From: Podarcis muralis
Lineage: Eukaryota
Reading direction: 5' to 3'
DNA length: 64,000 bases
Assembly (NCBI RefSeq): GCF_964188315.1
Contig: NC_135659.1
Span: forward strand, 50,220,001 to 50,284,000
How positions within the stretch are numbered: the first letter of the stretch is position 1; every line of letters begins with the position of its first letter. The notes beneath the pieces are model-generated. The model saw only the letters and a list, made by a program, of their open reading frames with translations, did not search any database and had not been told where the DNA came from. Shown one piece after another: positions 33,943 through 49,721 of the stretch. The translations under genes and the position numbers were made by a program.

Positions 33943-35069
33943 TAGATATCAAAATGTTATTAATTAAGTTATATATCATTTCTGCTATGCTAATTCTCTG
34001 GTTTGCTCTTCATGCTGAGTCTTGTTGCTGCTGTCTCATCCTGCCTTGCAATGAATAAGGAAGTGTGAAAGAGAGGAAGGGAGATTCAGCATTTGAAGGG
34101 AACAGTTACATTATACAGCTATTTCTGTCCATGCCATGAAAGATACTTTTGAGTGCTGAAAGTACAGTAGAAAGTGCTGAACATTTTTTGGGGGGCAGGG
34201 GCAACATTATATTAACTTCTACACATAAATTCATGTTTCACAGCATATCTCACATTACACTTTTTCTAGCTTCATTTGATCTTTATGGTTTGTGACTGTA
34301 TGTATAATATTTGTATTAATCAGGCAGCCATAATATATTAGTTCTTTCCCCCATTAATTTCTCCTTTACTTTCAGTAACCTAATTTTCCCACCCCATGTT
34401 TCATAGCTTTATGGATTGTACACCACTGAAATTAATTAGCTCTGCACAACACACCAGGAATCAGAATAACAGGGAGAAATGTACAGGAGTAACCAAAGAA
34501 CTAGCATCTTTTGCCTGTCTCTATGGCAAAAGAAAGCCAGCCGCATGTAGTCAGCATTGTGTCAACATAAAGGAGTATAAAGCACCGGATCTGGCAGCTG
34601 CTGCTGTTTTTGCAATTTCGGTTTTCTGCATTTGCAAACAAAGATTAGGCAAAGTTTATCTGTCTTTTTTTCTTTCCTCGTTCAAAATTATTTGCTGTAA
34701 TGCTATTTATTCTAATCCTAGATCTGTTTTGGAGGGCACGACTGGTTTGTCTCTTTTCCTTCTTGATAGTTAGCTATTGTCATGTAAGGTTTACGTGACA
34801 ATACCTAATTATTTACTCTATAGAGTTGACCCACTTTAATCAGTGAGAGCATGGTGGAATCAGAAGACTGCAGCCTTTCTGGAGTCTGTCACTGCAAATT
34901 AGTTTGCTTGGCCCAGTTACCTAGATTTTGCTGTAGAAGAATGCATAAATTGCTTTGGCTACATTTCTTTAGGCCTGGTTTATGCACACGAACGTAAAAG
35001 TCTGGTTAGATAAAGTTGCTAATGAATTCCTGAGAATAATTATTAAAATTTAAGTAGCCTGTGGTGGGG

Positions 35070-36330
35070 CTGTTTGCACCACTGGGCTCGCGGTCGCTGA
35101 TAAAGAGAAAACTACAGACATACAAATGTTTCGAAAAGCTTTTTCTTTTCATTCCTATCAGCAATATTAGGCAGGCCTGCGCGCTTCTCGGTGGCGAAAA
35201 GCCTGCTTGTTCCACCGGCTTAAATTCTTTGGGAGAATAAATGAGTGCCTGGCGCTTTAAGAACGAAGAGACTTCAGAGCCATGGCTGGGCATAAGGGCG
35301 AACGAGGAAGAAGTGAAGTCCATAATATATTCGGGTAGCAGGACGTTAGCGTGCGGGGAAAGCGCACAGCATCACGGAAGTAGCTGTGAAAGGCTGGTTT
35401 GCCTGCAGCCTCCGATAACACAACCAGGAGGATACACGCTCACGCATGCGCAGAGCAGAAATGGAAGGCGCGCGAGAGCCCTGAGCAGCCTCTTTGGTGG
35501 GCGGCACGCGAAAGACTACTTCGCCTGGCTCGGACGAGCCAGAGCACGAGCGGCGGAAAGCGAGTGCGCGTGCGCCCCGGTCTTTTGGCACGGGCTGGGC
35601 CCAGGTGGGTGTGTTTCCCCCTCTCCCCCCCCTCTTCGCACGCGTGAGTAGCCCCGCCCCCTCCGGCCCCCGGCCGGGCTGGGCCGGGCAGCCATTTTGG
35701 GCAGAGCTTTGTTATGGTTCGGTGTGGGGAACTCAAGCGACACAGAGAGTGAGACGGGAGGGGGCGAGTGGGGCCTGGTCCCATAAGCACGGCCTTGTGT
35801 GGAGAGAAGGGAAGAGGAGCTGGACTTGAGGCGGCGCTGAGCGGCAGCCAGCGGCCTTTGGGGAGAGAGTAAGGTAGGGAGCGGGCAGGGGGAAGCCCAG
35901 AGCAGGCGAGGGGGCGGGAGCATAAACAAGTGGAGGTTCTGTTGCAGGAAAGAGCCGAGGGGGCGGCGGAGGCCCTGCGGGGTCGCTTGGCGGCCGGGAG
36001 AGTTGCTCGGGGCAGTTGTTGGTTTGCGGAAGCGCTCGGGACAAGGGGCATCGCGGAGAGGTGCTTGGCAAGGGTTGGGGGGGCAGGGAGGCGGCGATAG
36101 CTAAGAAGAGGGCAATGGGGGACCCGCTTGGACGTGTCTGCGCGGGCAATTGGGGGGGCAGGGGTGGAGACTGGAGGTGTGCGAGGAAGGATCAGCTGGA
36201 GTAAAGAGTGAATAGCGGAAGGAGGAGGCTACGGTAGGCCTCTGGAGTGCAAAGTTGAGCAGGAGGTGCGGAGTGGCCAGGGCAGGCAGTCGGTGGCATG
36301 TGCTTTTCAGGGCAGGTGGGAGAGGGTTTT
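35070..36330 (+). promoter_or_regulatory. GPBP1L1: CpG island, probable GPBP1L1 promoter and first exon
   Basis: Largest GC/CpG-dense block in the window; NRF1 motif CGCATGCGCA at 35443-35452; multiple GC boxes. Confidence 0.7.
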
Positions 36331-39300
36331 TTGTTTTGTTATTTGTTGGCATGGGGGTGAAATGGATTTGGGGTTCCAGCGTGCGTATAGGAAGGGAGGG
36401 AGAAGCTGATCAAAGCAGTTGTGAGACTAGGCTAAGGTAGGGGGCGGGTCTGAAGTGGGGTAGGCGGGGGGGGGCTAACTCCACAGGATTTTATAAAGTG
36501 CGAGGAGTTATTCTTTAGTGGAAATGGGGCAAATGCTGGCTTGTTGGACAACTTGTAGACAGCTTGTTGGACAACTCGAGACAGCCAAGTGTGGTGGGTC
36601 AAAACTAGAAATATTTAAGTAAGAATGTTTGACTTGACGTAGTTTCCCTATGGAACTGTTTTCGTTTTCTTTTTCACACACACCCGCCCCAAACAACAAC
36701 AGCGACTCTGTGTTCAGGAACAAATATACAAGTGTCAGGAATGGATAATTATATCTTGCCTTCCATGCAGACTGCCTTGTAAAATCTAGCATTGTTGTTC
36801 TTGCTGAGCAGGCTGAGAAGGAGGGAGTTGACTTGTGGGTGTGTTTGTAGGGAGGTACAAATAGAGTAATTTGAATATTAAGGCAGAAGGAAGGCATACA
36901 GTATTATACTTGTGTAATACTTCTTTGCTGCATATGACTCAAGGTAAGGAGTAGAGTGTCAGATTCTGGCAGTTACTGGTAGATTTTTTTAATGCTTGAA
37001 TGGAATGTGCACTTCTTGTGTCTTTCCTGATGGCTATATTACTCTAGATACTGCTTGAAATTATTTGGGTGTGTGGGGGTGTAAAAACATTTTCCTTTAA
37101 AATTTGGGTGGCTGAGTTAAAATATAAATGTTAAATAGAATCTAGTGCAAATGTGGAAGTTGTTGTGTGTCTTAAAAGGATAGTTGCTTTGCCTGTTCTG
37201 CACCAACATTTCTTGGGAAATAGGACAATTTGTCTATATGCCTTCTATGTAGAAGATAGTCTGAAGGAAACTGAACAATTCTTAACTTTTAAAGAGAATG
37301 TACTAAAGTAGTACTTCAGCCCGATAACCTTAACAGTAAGAATTTACATCTAGAGATCTATCAATACTTTAGTAATTAGTTTGACTTTTAGATGCAATAG
37401 AAAAAGAGTTCCAGTGACCAGTGTTTTCTTAGGGGTGGGGGAAGAGACCAGACTTATAGGATCTACTTTTGTTTTTTTCTGGAATCCCCAAGATCCATCA
37501 ACCAGAGTTGGGTGCAAAAGGCATACTTAAAATTAAAGAATTCTGAGCCCAAGAATTTTTTAGTACCAGACCTGAACTGAGCTGACAGTTCTTCCACACA
37601 CATATCCACTGCTTGTTGCTCTATGCCACCTTATTTTCTTCATTTCAGCAATCTGATTTGTGCATCTTGCTATTATTAAGCAATTGATAGTCAGAAATTG
37701 TTGCCAACCTCCTGAAAATCACATAGATCTTCCATTAAATCCCCAATCTCTGCACCCCTGTCTTGGGTGATCATTGTCAGGGTAAGGATGAGAACTAAGT
37801 ATATTATGAAAGGATAATAGAATTTTGCGATCATTTTGATAGGTACTTCATTTATATAAACTTGTACACACTTTTGCATGAGTCACATGTTGTTCTTTTT
37901 TAGAGTCCACGTACTGAATGCTACATTAACACTTCTGCTAATAGTAGTAGACAGATACGACTGTGGGGGTGGGTGGGGATTTTTTAATTAGATTTTGAGT
38001 TGTGTTGTCAAATTTCTGCTGCTGTTATATACCCTACTGTAATGAGAAATGGAAATAAGATTAGAAATTTTCTTAAATCCTGCAAAATATTAACATTGTT
38101 ATGCTAAATGCTCTTCAAAATATGTCCACCCAGTTAATAGTCTGCATTCCTATTCACACTAACTTCAAGCTGCATTAAGTGTAGTGGAACTTCTGAGCTA
38201 ACGTGGTTTATTGCACAGTTTTGTTTTAGATACCTGAGTTAAACTCAAGTGCTTTGTACATAGTGAAGCTTATACAGAAACTCGTTTATCACTTAGGCAT
38301 TCTGGTGCTTGCTAGTTTTTCTGCCTCTGTAAATTAAGAGAAGAGTGTAAGCCTCACCATTCTGGAAGATTTCCTTGCACCAGAAACTTTGCCCTAGTAA
38401 ATTGTCAATATTTCTGTACACAAGAGTAGCAGTGCAAAAACATTTAGTATTAGAAGAAACAACAGAACTGGAATATAATTCCCAAAGAGGATAGGTTTCC
38501 ATTTAAGTTTCTAGAATTTTGTTGTTTGCTGTGTTGCATTCAAAGCAAGTACTGAAAGAGAAGCTAGTATTGCCTCACCAGTTGATTTGCATAGTATTTG
38601 GTAGCCTTTACTGACTTATAGACAACTGTTAAGGGGGAAGGAATGACTATTGTGAAAGAAATGTTAGTTCGCTCTTTTGCTGCAACCTCTGTATTTTAGA
38701 AAGAACACTGTACTTTGAAAGATAAGAGGTTTTGCTACTTCCCACCTCTCCACTTCCCCTTTCCCTACTCCTTTAGTTGTAAAAATAGTTGAGTAATATA
38801 TGGTAAAGTCAAGCTAGATTGAGACCAATGTAATGCATTTCTAGGGCACACATTTCTTCAAAAAGGTGATGAGACTGATGCCTAATTTTTATTCTTTTCC
38901 TGGCTCCTAACACGTCTCCTACAGTAGGCTGCAGCATGTTACTAATTTGTCATTAATAAAGTTAGGCTCAGGCACTTGTAGCATAACCATATATCAGAGG
39001 TCGCCAACGTTTTTGGACCATTTTGAATGTTGAGAGAATGCTGATGATGCCAGTTACAATATGGCAGCCATGGAGGAATGGCATGGCACAAAGTTAGAGA
39101 AAGTGAAGATACATTTTCTGCCCCTGAGCAACCTCATGTTTACCATGGGAAATCAGCTGTGGAGGTACTAATGTCAAAGGCACAACAGCCTTGTTTTCCC
39201 CAATGGCAGTCCTAAACCAAAGCATAAACTGCCACCCTGTATCTAGAACATAAATAGAACAAGCTCTATTTAAAAAAGGAGAAAGATTTCTGAAATAGAC

Positions 39301-40934
39301 ATGTGTACTGTGCATATGGGGCCTATCACATTTTTTGTAAAATGGTATAAATATGACCTTGTAACATAGTTTCAAGTACCGTATTAAGTCAGAAGAAGAA
39401 ATGCAAAAAAATTAAATTGTGATGGTCTTAAAATCTAAGCTTTCTTTTTGAAAGACTGTAATATGTTTGATTCATGGTGGAAAGAAAATTTTGTTCTAGA
39501 TAATAAAGAGAAACTTTGTGAAGGGTGAATTCCACTATGTATTTAATCAAACACGGGATTCACTCATAGCATAAAAAAGATTTTAAAAGTATGTAATAGA
39601 TGCTACGGACAATTAATGCAGATCTTTCATTGGCTTAATTTCTGGAGTGTACACAGATATTTTACAGCTGTGTGTGTGGAAATATGGAAAGTAGTAATTC
39701 AGGTTCAGGTGTAACTGAATTACAAAAAAAATAGTTAGGTGTGTAAAATGGCTGACTTGTCTTCAGTTTGTCTGACATGACTTTTTAAAGAATATATTGA
39801 AACAGACAGCTTTCATTTTAGAAATATAATACATTATTTGTTTTAAAAGGGGGAGACTCAAGACCACTTATTTAACAATGTATGGTGTTTATACCCAAAT
39901 AATTTCATCTCCAAAATAGCTATGTATTTGAACATGGGTTCAGCAACTTGCCCATACCAAAATTGGAGCTTACTTGCAGCCTATTATGGGTTGAATCCAG
40001 CAGGCATTGGATAAATGGAATGACTTCTGCTCCTGCAGTGGTACGTCTCCTCCCCATGACCCCCAAATCTGAGGTAGTGGGTTGGGGAGGTGGGGGTGCA
40101 TGGAGGGGGGAGGAGAAGTACATGAATGAAAGCCATTCCACTTGTGCAATGATGTTTTCGGATACAACCCAGAACATTTTAAAGCTTGGGAAGTTTTAAA
40201 TAGTGTGGCAGTGGAACTGGTCACCTTAGACTTTGTTTATGGATAAATATATGTGTTGTGATGGTCATCACCATTTGATGTTGATAGACATCTGTATTAA
40301 TCTGAGATACAAACAAGAGTCAGCATCCACACATAGCCATTTCACTCCTTCCTTCACCAGAGTGAAGCAGCCAGGAAGCTGCATCCAGACCAGGAGCCAT
40401 AGTTATGGCTTTCAAACAAACCACATTATGAAACCATGGTATTAAGGTGGTCACTGCATTAACTAGTTCCAAGTGTGAATGCATCAAGAAGCTGTCGGCT
40501 GCAGCTTCCTGGCTTGCTCATTTGTGCAAAGGAAGAGGTGAAATGGTTGCATGTGAGTGCCTGAAACTTGTGTAAGTCTTGATTTACTAAGCCAAGATTA
40601 TCCTCTGAACATCACCCATGTATAAAGTATGCACAAATTAATATGGGTTCAGCAACCAATATGTTGACTTGGATGAAGCAACTCAGTGATCAAATTTCAG
40701 TTGAGCCATGGCTTATATGTGTGGCGTTATGGATGGCAAAAATAATAATAGTCTAGTAATGGCCCACTTCACAATGATATCAGTAGTGATGCCTATCTTG
40801 TTTCAGTGTACAAAGGGTAAATTCTTCGTATGTTAACCTGTAGTTCTGATTTTCAACGGCTTCACAAAAGCTTTAGTAGATTAATGTGGGACATATTAAG
40901 CTACTAGTGAAATACTTGTTGTTTTGATGGACAT

Positions 40935-40936
<2 letters not shown>

Positions 40937-40974
<38 letters not shown>
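40937..40974. repeat. (TG)19 microsatellite
   Basis: Directly visible. Confidence 0.95.
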
Positions 40975-40978
<4 letters not shown>

Positions 40979-42679
40979 AACCCACATGTGTGGAGATACC
41001 GTATACACTACACACTTTCCAGGGGCACCTGCGGTTTGTATATAGAAATACACCCTCTTGCGTGAATGGAAATATATGATTTTTGTGGCCACAATGTAGC
41101 CTACTGTATGAAGGTAACAGTGTTCAAAACTCCCATTGTTTTAGGCGCATTGTGCGACAGGAAATTTTATTAGTGTGAGCAGTTTCTGAGCTCTGGGTGC
41201 AGTACTACGCCTAAGATTTCAGTTTAAAATTGCAGTGGAAGGAAGGGAGGACCTTTTCTGACTCCCCACTTCCAGCTACTCTCTGAAGACTGAAGAGACC
41301 CTCTTAAGAATATTAGGGGGGTGGGCAAGGGAAGGACTAGACCATGTGAAAAATGAACATAATATTTTAGCTGCAGTTCACTCATTTTCAGCTTTGTATT
41401 CTTGTTACTTAAAAAGCATTCCGTTGTTGCACCCATAACCTAGGTTTAAGGTGCCATTTAGCTCCTAGCTTTCAAATCTGTTTCAAACACTGGAAGGCAA
41501 GCCTTGTATTTGATATTCTGTCCACTCTTGTACCTGGCCCCTTCTGCAGCCCTTTGGCTGAGACCTTTCTCACTCCCATTTAAAAGGTTAATACCAATAC
41601 CAATAACACAAGCAAGATATGATTGCATAGCATTCTTGTTGGCAGTCTAGCTGCAATAGTCTAAACTGCAGTTTCCAAAATGTCTTCAAAAACAACCCCT
41701 TGAAAAGCTCATTGCATTATTCCAGTCTAGAAATTAACCAGCCATGGCAAGGCTGTCTCTTGTCAAGAAAAGGTTGCAGTCAGCATATCAGGCATAGCTG
41801 ATAAAATGCACTACATGCCACTGAAGCAATCACACGTTGAAATGGCAAAGTTGAATCCATAAGCACCCACAGGAAGCACACCTGATCCTTCAGGGAGAGT
41901 GAAATCCTTTTCAGAACTGGTTGAACAGCACCTTCCTGGGCAGATGAACCGCCCACAAACAGCACTTCCATCTAGTTACAATTTATTGGTTCTCTGCCAA
42001 GTACCAAGACAGCAGTGCTTCATCAGGAATTGACAGAGCTGGGTGTCAAAAGCCCCATAACCCTTTATAGGACACAGGAGTTCCTCAGCAGATAAGTTGG
42101 TGCAGAATGAGTTCCCATAAAATAAAAATCTGAAAACCACTGGTGTAAATCATAAGCACTGCAGCAGTTGTCTGAACCGCCTAAGAACATCCCGCCAAAT
42201 CACCTTCTTCTAATCAACCATATTCAAGGTTTCAGTGGAAGGAAATGAAGGTGGAAGAACCATCTCCAGTACATGGCTTCAAATTTCAGATTTAACATGA
42301 CAGTTACTTGATTTGAAGCTTTCTCAGAAGTAATACATGCAGATCCCATTATCTGAACATAATGCGTTCCTAGAAAATCACTCAATAGGCGAACAATCGC
42401 ATAATGATCTGATGAATCCTATATTCCCCTCCTAACGTTTAGTTTGGCCTTCAGTCACTGCCTCTGCTCTGCAGGTTATATTAATCACATAGTTTTTGAA
42501 ATTTTTATTGATCAGGGTTGATCAGTTTGAATTTTGTCATCCTAAGGATGGAAGTAAGGGCTGTTGTTCGCTTTTGTAAAAGGTGAAAAGATGTGGTGTG
42601 AAATGTTTGTACTCTGTTCTACATGAGTTGGGCCAGACTGCTGTTGCTCCTTTTTTCTGTGCTTGAAAATAGACTAGGA

Positions 42680-43013
42680 CAGGGGTCTGCAACCTGTGGC
42701 TCCGGAGCCGCATGTGGCTCTTTTACATCTTTGCCGCGGCTCCGGGACGGATACTAGCGAGGGGAGGAGGCGCATTGTGCGCCCCGACACTCCTCACTGT
42801 GGCGGGCGCTGTACTGGCTGCGACGTCGCATGGGGGCGGTGCGTGCGTTAGTCACGCACTGTCCCGACGTCACCGTCCCACCCGCTGTCAGATCGCGGCT
42901 CCGGAGATATATTTGTTTTAAATGTCGCAATGGTTTTGCGGCTCCCAGTTGTTGTTTTTTCTTCGGAAACGGGTCCAAGTGGCTCTTTTTGTCTTAAAGG
43001 TTGCAGACCCCTG
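42680..43013. mobile_element. hAT MITE family B, uninterrupted copy (334 bp)
   Basis: TIRs CAGGGGTCTGCAACC / GGTTGCAGACCCCTG; perfect TSD GACTAGGA. Confidence 0.92.
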
Positions 43014-45429
43014 GACTAGGATTTAGACTGAAGCAGTGTTAGTTGATTATACTGGTTCATCATAAATACATTCTGCCATACTAAACTGAAAGATCAAATT
43101 CAAAATTGTTAATATATGAAGATGTTTTCTTTGATCCTTCAAGTTCTGAGGGTCCAGGTGCTAGTGCTGCTTGTGACCTATGGGCCAGTAAGTCTTAGTA
43201 TGTGGCTGAACAGCCATCCAAGTGTTTTTGCCCACTAGTGTCTTCCAATACAGAATTCCATTGCTCAAAATGCATTTATATGGGAAAATGCAATGTAGCA
43301 CTAACTAGCAAAGAACTACAACACATGGCGTTGGAAGTTATGCAATCAAGAGATGTAAGGAACAAATTAGGTTTCGGAAGAAGTAGGATGAACTGTGTTT
43401 TTAATTGAGAACATAGTAACTAATCATGATTGGGTAGAATTAATGGAATCTGGACTGTTTTTTTGCAGATTTCTGTTTAAGGTTAGATAGTAAATCCCAT
43501 GTAAATCACTCAGTAATTTGTGTATACCTATACCTAACAAACATTGAGCTGTAACTGTATGCATCAGTGATTAGAAAGCTGAATGCATAAAACATGCAGT
43601 TTTCTAGAGTAAACTAGGCTCTTCTGCACACTCAGCTGTTTGCCATATTGGTTTATTAGTTGCACTTAAGTCACAGTTTCCTGTGAAGTTGTGGTTTGAG
43701 AAACCTTTGAAGCATTGAAGTAAGGCACTCTAGGAGGTAATGAGATGGATGAATTGTCATATTGCTAACTTTCAGACTGATGAGTGATAGCTTATCTGTC
43801 AGATTCTTGAGAGGCTCCCTGGGACAGTAGGTTCCTTTGATTTAAACATTTACATATAAGGTTTTGACCACTATAATATGGATGTGGCACACAAACTTGC
43901 AATATTATATATGTATACGTTTTTGAAGGGGGCATGATTTCATAGTGTTTCTCTAGATATAAATTGCAAAGCTGTCAGACATGCAAATAGCCATTTTAAA
44001 ACTCTTTAGAAAGGAACAGTACTAAAAACATTACAAGTAAGGGCTATTCTATGGAGATTACACTTAACTTTTTTTGTTCTCAGTTCTATTGGTTATTCAG
44101 TGTCTATGGTAACATCTGTTAGGTCTTTAATAAATGCACAGGTATTTGCAGATTTACATGTAACTGCATTGTGTTAACTTAACCCTTCTCTGCTTTGCTT
44201 CTTAGGTAAACCTCTAGTAAGCTGAGCAATAGCTTGGAACTTTTATCCCAAAATAGAACCCAGTTACAACTTTGCTGAAACGAAAATAATTTTAGTATTT
44301 GAGTTAAGTGAATAACTTTTCCTCCCAAGAGTTGTAATGTTAAATTCCTGAATTATACTGTGTATTAACTTTCACTTTTAGTTTAGACAAGTATATTACG
44401 TCATTCATTCTCAATTGTTACTTGCTAGAAGCGTAAATACTAGTTATCCATGGATGAGCACCCAGCTGACACCATGCATCTGTTTCTGCTGGAGAGCTGT
44501 AGTGATAGATGCCACAGCCCTGCAATGTGCTTTTCTATTAATAATACTGACATTTTTGAACAACTAAAATACAAGTACACACCCAGAAACACAATAATTG
44601 AACAATAGGACAAAAACAACCTAACTTTAGGAATGGAAACAAGAAAAAAGTATGGTATAATCGAATCTAAAGATACATGGTATACATTCTACTTGTCTTT
44701 GTTCTCCTTCAAAGGATCATCACTTCTGAAGGAAAAGTTGAAGTTGGGATAAAACCTTATCTTGCGGCACTTAAGCTACACTCAGTATAGGAAAAAGAGG
44801 TGGGGGAGATGCTTATGTGTAACAGATCAGGAGAAGATGACTAATCAGAATCTAGAAAAGGGTTCTGTAAAAGTTTGCTGCGTCTTGTAGCTCACCCACT
44901 CCTTGCATACCAAATCCAACATTCCAATCCAGGCTTTCAGCTGGGTCCTAGTCTTGACACCAAATGCTTTGCTCTACGCAGCACATTTAAACCATAAGAG
45001 GAGCCCTGTCGGATCAGACCAGGGATCTATCTAATCCAGCTTTGTGTTCTCAAAGTGGCCAACAGGACATGAGTGCTATGATGCACTCCCACTTGTGATC
45101 CACCCAACTGGTTTTTAGAGGCATTCTGCCTCTGATGCTGAGGTAATATAGCAACTGTGACTAGTTATTCTAAATGCAGAGTAATGGGTATCTCTGCATG
45201 CATGATTGAATGAATGATTGTGAGGGTGGTGCAGGTGGATGAGAGTGGGTAAGCCTCATTGCACCAGCAGAAACCCTTGTGTTGGCTCCTGCTAGCTAGC
45301 AGAACTACTTAGCCCAACAGGTCTACTGTGAGTAAAATATAACCGAGTTCCATCCACAGACTTTTGAGTATGCTAAAATCAAGTTACATTTTCAGTGCAT
45401 TTTTAAATTAAAATTTAAACTGTATAAGG

Positions 45430-45565
45430 CAGGCATCCCCAAACTTGGCCCTTCAGCTGTTTTGGGAATACAATTCCCATCATCCTTGACCACTGGTTCT
45501 GTTAGCTAGGGATGATGGGAGTTATAGTCCCAAAAAAGCTGCAGGGCCAAGTCTGGGGATGCCTG
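45430..45565. mobile_element. Palindromic hAT MITE, family C
   Basis: caggcatccccaaact...ggggatgcctg; perfect TSD GTATAAGG. Confidence 0.88.
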
Positions 45566-46769
45566 GTATAAGGGAAGTGCTGCTGGCCTTATGTTCTTGC
45601 CTTGGTAAATGGCATACTTAATGGTATACTTAATGATTTACTGTGAGCATAGCTTTCTGGGCTGTTACCATTTCCCTTCTAGGGCACAGTGGAAGCAAAC
45701 TATGATCCCTGGCTTAGTATTGCATCTGAATTGGGAATTATTATTTATTTCACTTCCAAACAGACCATGGTTTCTGAATTATGCTTTGTTTCTACTTGCG
45801 CTAGCAGAGAGAACACAACAGCCCAGCAAAACATGTTCACAATAAAACATTAAGTATGCAGTGTGATGTGTGAACTACAGTGTATTGTCATGTCAAAAAT
45901 ATAAGTATTGTAATAAAAATCTGAAAAGCTTTGCATTTGTTTGGATATAACATTTAAATCACATTTAGTGTTTTGATTCCCTCTAACCCCATCATCTATT
46001 TAAGTTCAAATACTCTTGGGAGCAGATTGGTGTGTAGATGAACCTTTAGTCTCATTCAGCAGGGTTCATCTTCTTTATTATTATTATTTTTTGAGATACT
46101 TCATTAGGTAAAGCTAACCTATCTTTTTAGTTTTGTTTACTTTAATAAGTCAGAAATGTTAAATTGGAATCTATTCAACTTAGGGCATCAGGATATGTTC
46201 CAGGAAATCAGCATTTCTGGTTTGAGTTGAATCTTGAGAAGGCTTATGTGTGTGTGTTAATGTCTCTTGCCAAATAATGTTGAATTCCCATCTAGGAGAT
46301 ATGGAGTTCAATTTCCAGGTTGTGAATGGATCATTAACCTCCCTTCCTGCCCCAAAAAGGAAAAGAAACATTATCACTTCACTGGGGACTTGCATGAGCA
46401 GGTGTTGCTAGAGGACCACAGTTCCTGGCCATGCTGGCTGCACTGATGGGAGTTGGAGTTCAGTAAAATCTGGAGAACCAGAGATTTCCCATTCCCAGCA
46501 TAGTAATTATGGGGCCAGTATATTAAATCGGTGATTCTTTTAAAAATAATGTACCAATCTTGACATAGAACTTTTTGAATCAGGGTAGAGCAGCTTTCCC
46601 TGACTTGGAGCCCCCTCCACCCCCAACTACAGCTCCAGCTAGCATAGCTAATGATTAGGGATGATGGCAATTGTAGACCAAAATGTCGTGAGAGCATCAG
46701 GCTGGAAAAGGCTGGACTAGAGAATATAAACTTCTTTGCCATGAATATAGCTCCACATTGAGCTTTATG

Positions 46770-47528
<759 letters not shown>

Positions 47529-49721
47529 GTCAAATATAACTTTACAGGAAGTATGTATCAAAGAGAAATTCAGGACTTAAAGAAATGAATGCTCTGCAGA
47601 ATACCTTAAATGCTGCTGTTCTGGGGTTTCTTTTTGACCAGTAGGAAACCTCCCATAATTTACCTTTCATGATTCTAGGCCTATAATTTCTGCCATGGTG
47701 ATAAATCAATGGAACATGGAATTTTTAAATTCTAAAATGCATAGCATCCTTAGTGATGTGCTAGTGTTCTGTGGTGTGTGTGTCCAATTTCAAATAAGTC
47801 ATAGCTTAGTAGTTGTTAGGGTTGATTAATTATAGACACTGTATTAGTGAGGGTTGTTTGGTAGGTAATAAAATCTAAACCTTTCATAAGAGTTTTTCTT
47901 AGCTACATTTACATATTCAGTATTGCATAGTATTGACTGTGCTCAGTCCTCTTTTGGTTGACTTTGGGGGTTTTGCCGCCTTGTAAAGTGTTTTTTTATA
48001 TATCTGCAAGCCTCAAGGTTCCCTCTGAGCAGGCAGACAACTTTCCTTTTGTTTCTTTCTGGCCCTTTTGGGGGGCTTTTGTCGGTATTCGGTGAATTTG
48101 CAATTAGAGAGTGTTATTTGTATCCTCTATTGGTAGTGCATGTTGGCAGACCTGTGTTTGAACATGGCGGCACCTGCAAAGTAGGTATGTGTGGAGTGTT
48201 GGAGTTCAAATCCTTATACATGAAGCTCACAAGGTAGCTTTGATGGTGGTAAGAATAATAATAATGATGATGATGATAATTTGTACCCCGCCTATCTGAC
48301 TGGGTTGCCCCAGCCACTGTGGGTGGTAAAGTCTCTCAGCCTAACCTACTTCATGAAGCTATTTTATGAAGACAAAATACATGGATGGATGGGGTACAAA
48401 TAGGATAACTTTCAAGTTAAAAATGCTGAAATAGGGTGTTGATTGAAAATAATCACAGCTAACTTAAAAACTGGCTTGCTTCATGATTTCAGTAGAAACT
48501 GAAGAAGACATGGAAAACTTATATATTATTGAGCTTTTAGATCCTTTTTGCTTCATTTACTGATAGGTAATACTGTCTTTCTTTCAGAGAATACTTCGTG
48601 AATTCTACACTTTTCAGAAGATCGTCACCCAAATTCATTATAATACACCAACTTTCTCTTTTTTAAAGCAACAACTCAACTAAATTAGTTCAGGGAGAGA
48701 TTATTTTCTGGCTTAGCCCCTTACTTTTAGCTTTAATTGAATGCATTCATAGCAACAATAGGACAGAAATCATTGTGAATCTTACCTCTTCATCAAGTTG
48801 CTTTTAGTTCCTCAGCAAGGAAATTAAAGTTACATTATGTGAAAATCCTTTCAAGATACAGTTTTAAGAACGCTAACAACTTTTTAAGCAACTACAAAAG
48901 TGGTGAGGATGAGTCTTGCATTTTAGAACTTCTACAAATATACGTTTTAACACACATTTTCAGAATTTGCAGGATCCTTCATGGTCCTGCCACCCACCTC
49001 CCCGCCCCCATTCCAAATCAAGTTGTTGCAGAAGATGAACAGAGTGGATTTGTGGAGTTCACCATTAATCATGGTGTCTTTCTGAATGCTGTGCATATCT
49101 GATAAGTACTGTTGTAATGTAAAAGCTGAGTTGCATAGCATTGTAACAACAACAGCAAAATTAATGAGGTGAATGTAGTTGTGGCTTTTCAAAAATGCAC
49201 ACTCCCTTTTAGGTATTTTTTTTCTCATATAAGTGCAGAGAGCAATTAAGATGAGCAGCTAGAGGGGTGAGGGGTGCAGTCGGCACGAAGTGCGGCTTCT
49301 CGTGCTTCCTTTGGGACTCACCCTTGCCGCAAAGCTGGCATAGGTGCACCCTGGAGAAGGAAGAAATCTGGAGAACCAAGAGAAGTGCTAAAAGTGCGAG
49401 TGGTGGACTGCAGAGGCCGGACTAGGTAAGTCATTGTGGGACTTCTTTTGTTTACTGCTATATGAAAATACACAACCTTTGCGCCTTCATTTCCATCTCT
49501 GTTTGTGATATTTCACAACAGGTATGTTCAAATGATCATATCTTGATTTAATAAGAAGAAATAAGAAGTCTTGTGCACCCACATGCAGCTGCTCCTTTCC
49601 TGTCTTTGCATGAGGTGGCAAAGAACAGGGAAGTCTTTAGTTAAAAATAATATCCTGTTTAGTAGCTTTGGAACTGGTATTTGAAGCCATGGCTTGAGGT
49701 TGCTTTCAGATGGTGTCTAGA

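Noticed and set aside
35241-36440. Many overlapping 80-200 aa ORFs on both strands
   Set aside because: Low-complexity Pro/Ala/Arg/Gly translations typical of a stop-poor CpG island; no recognisable domain.
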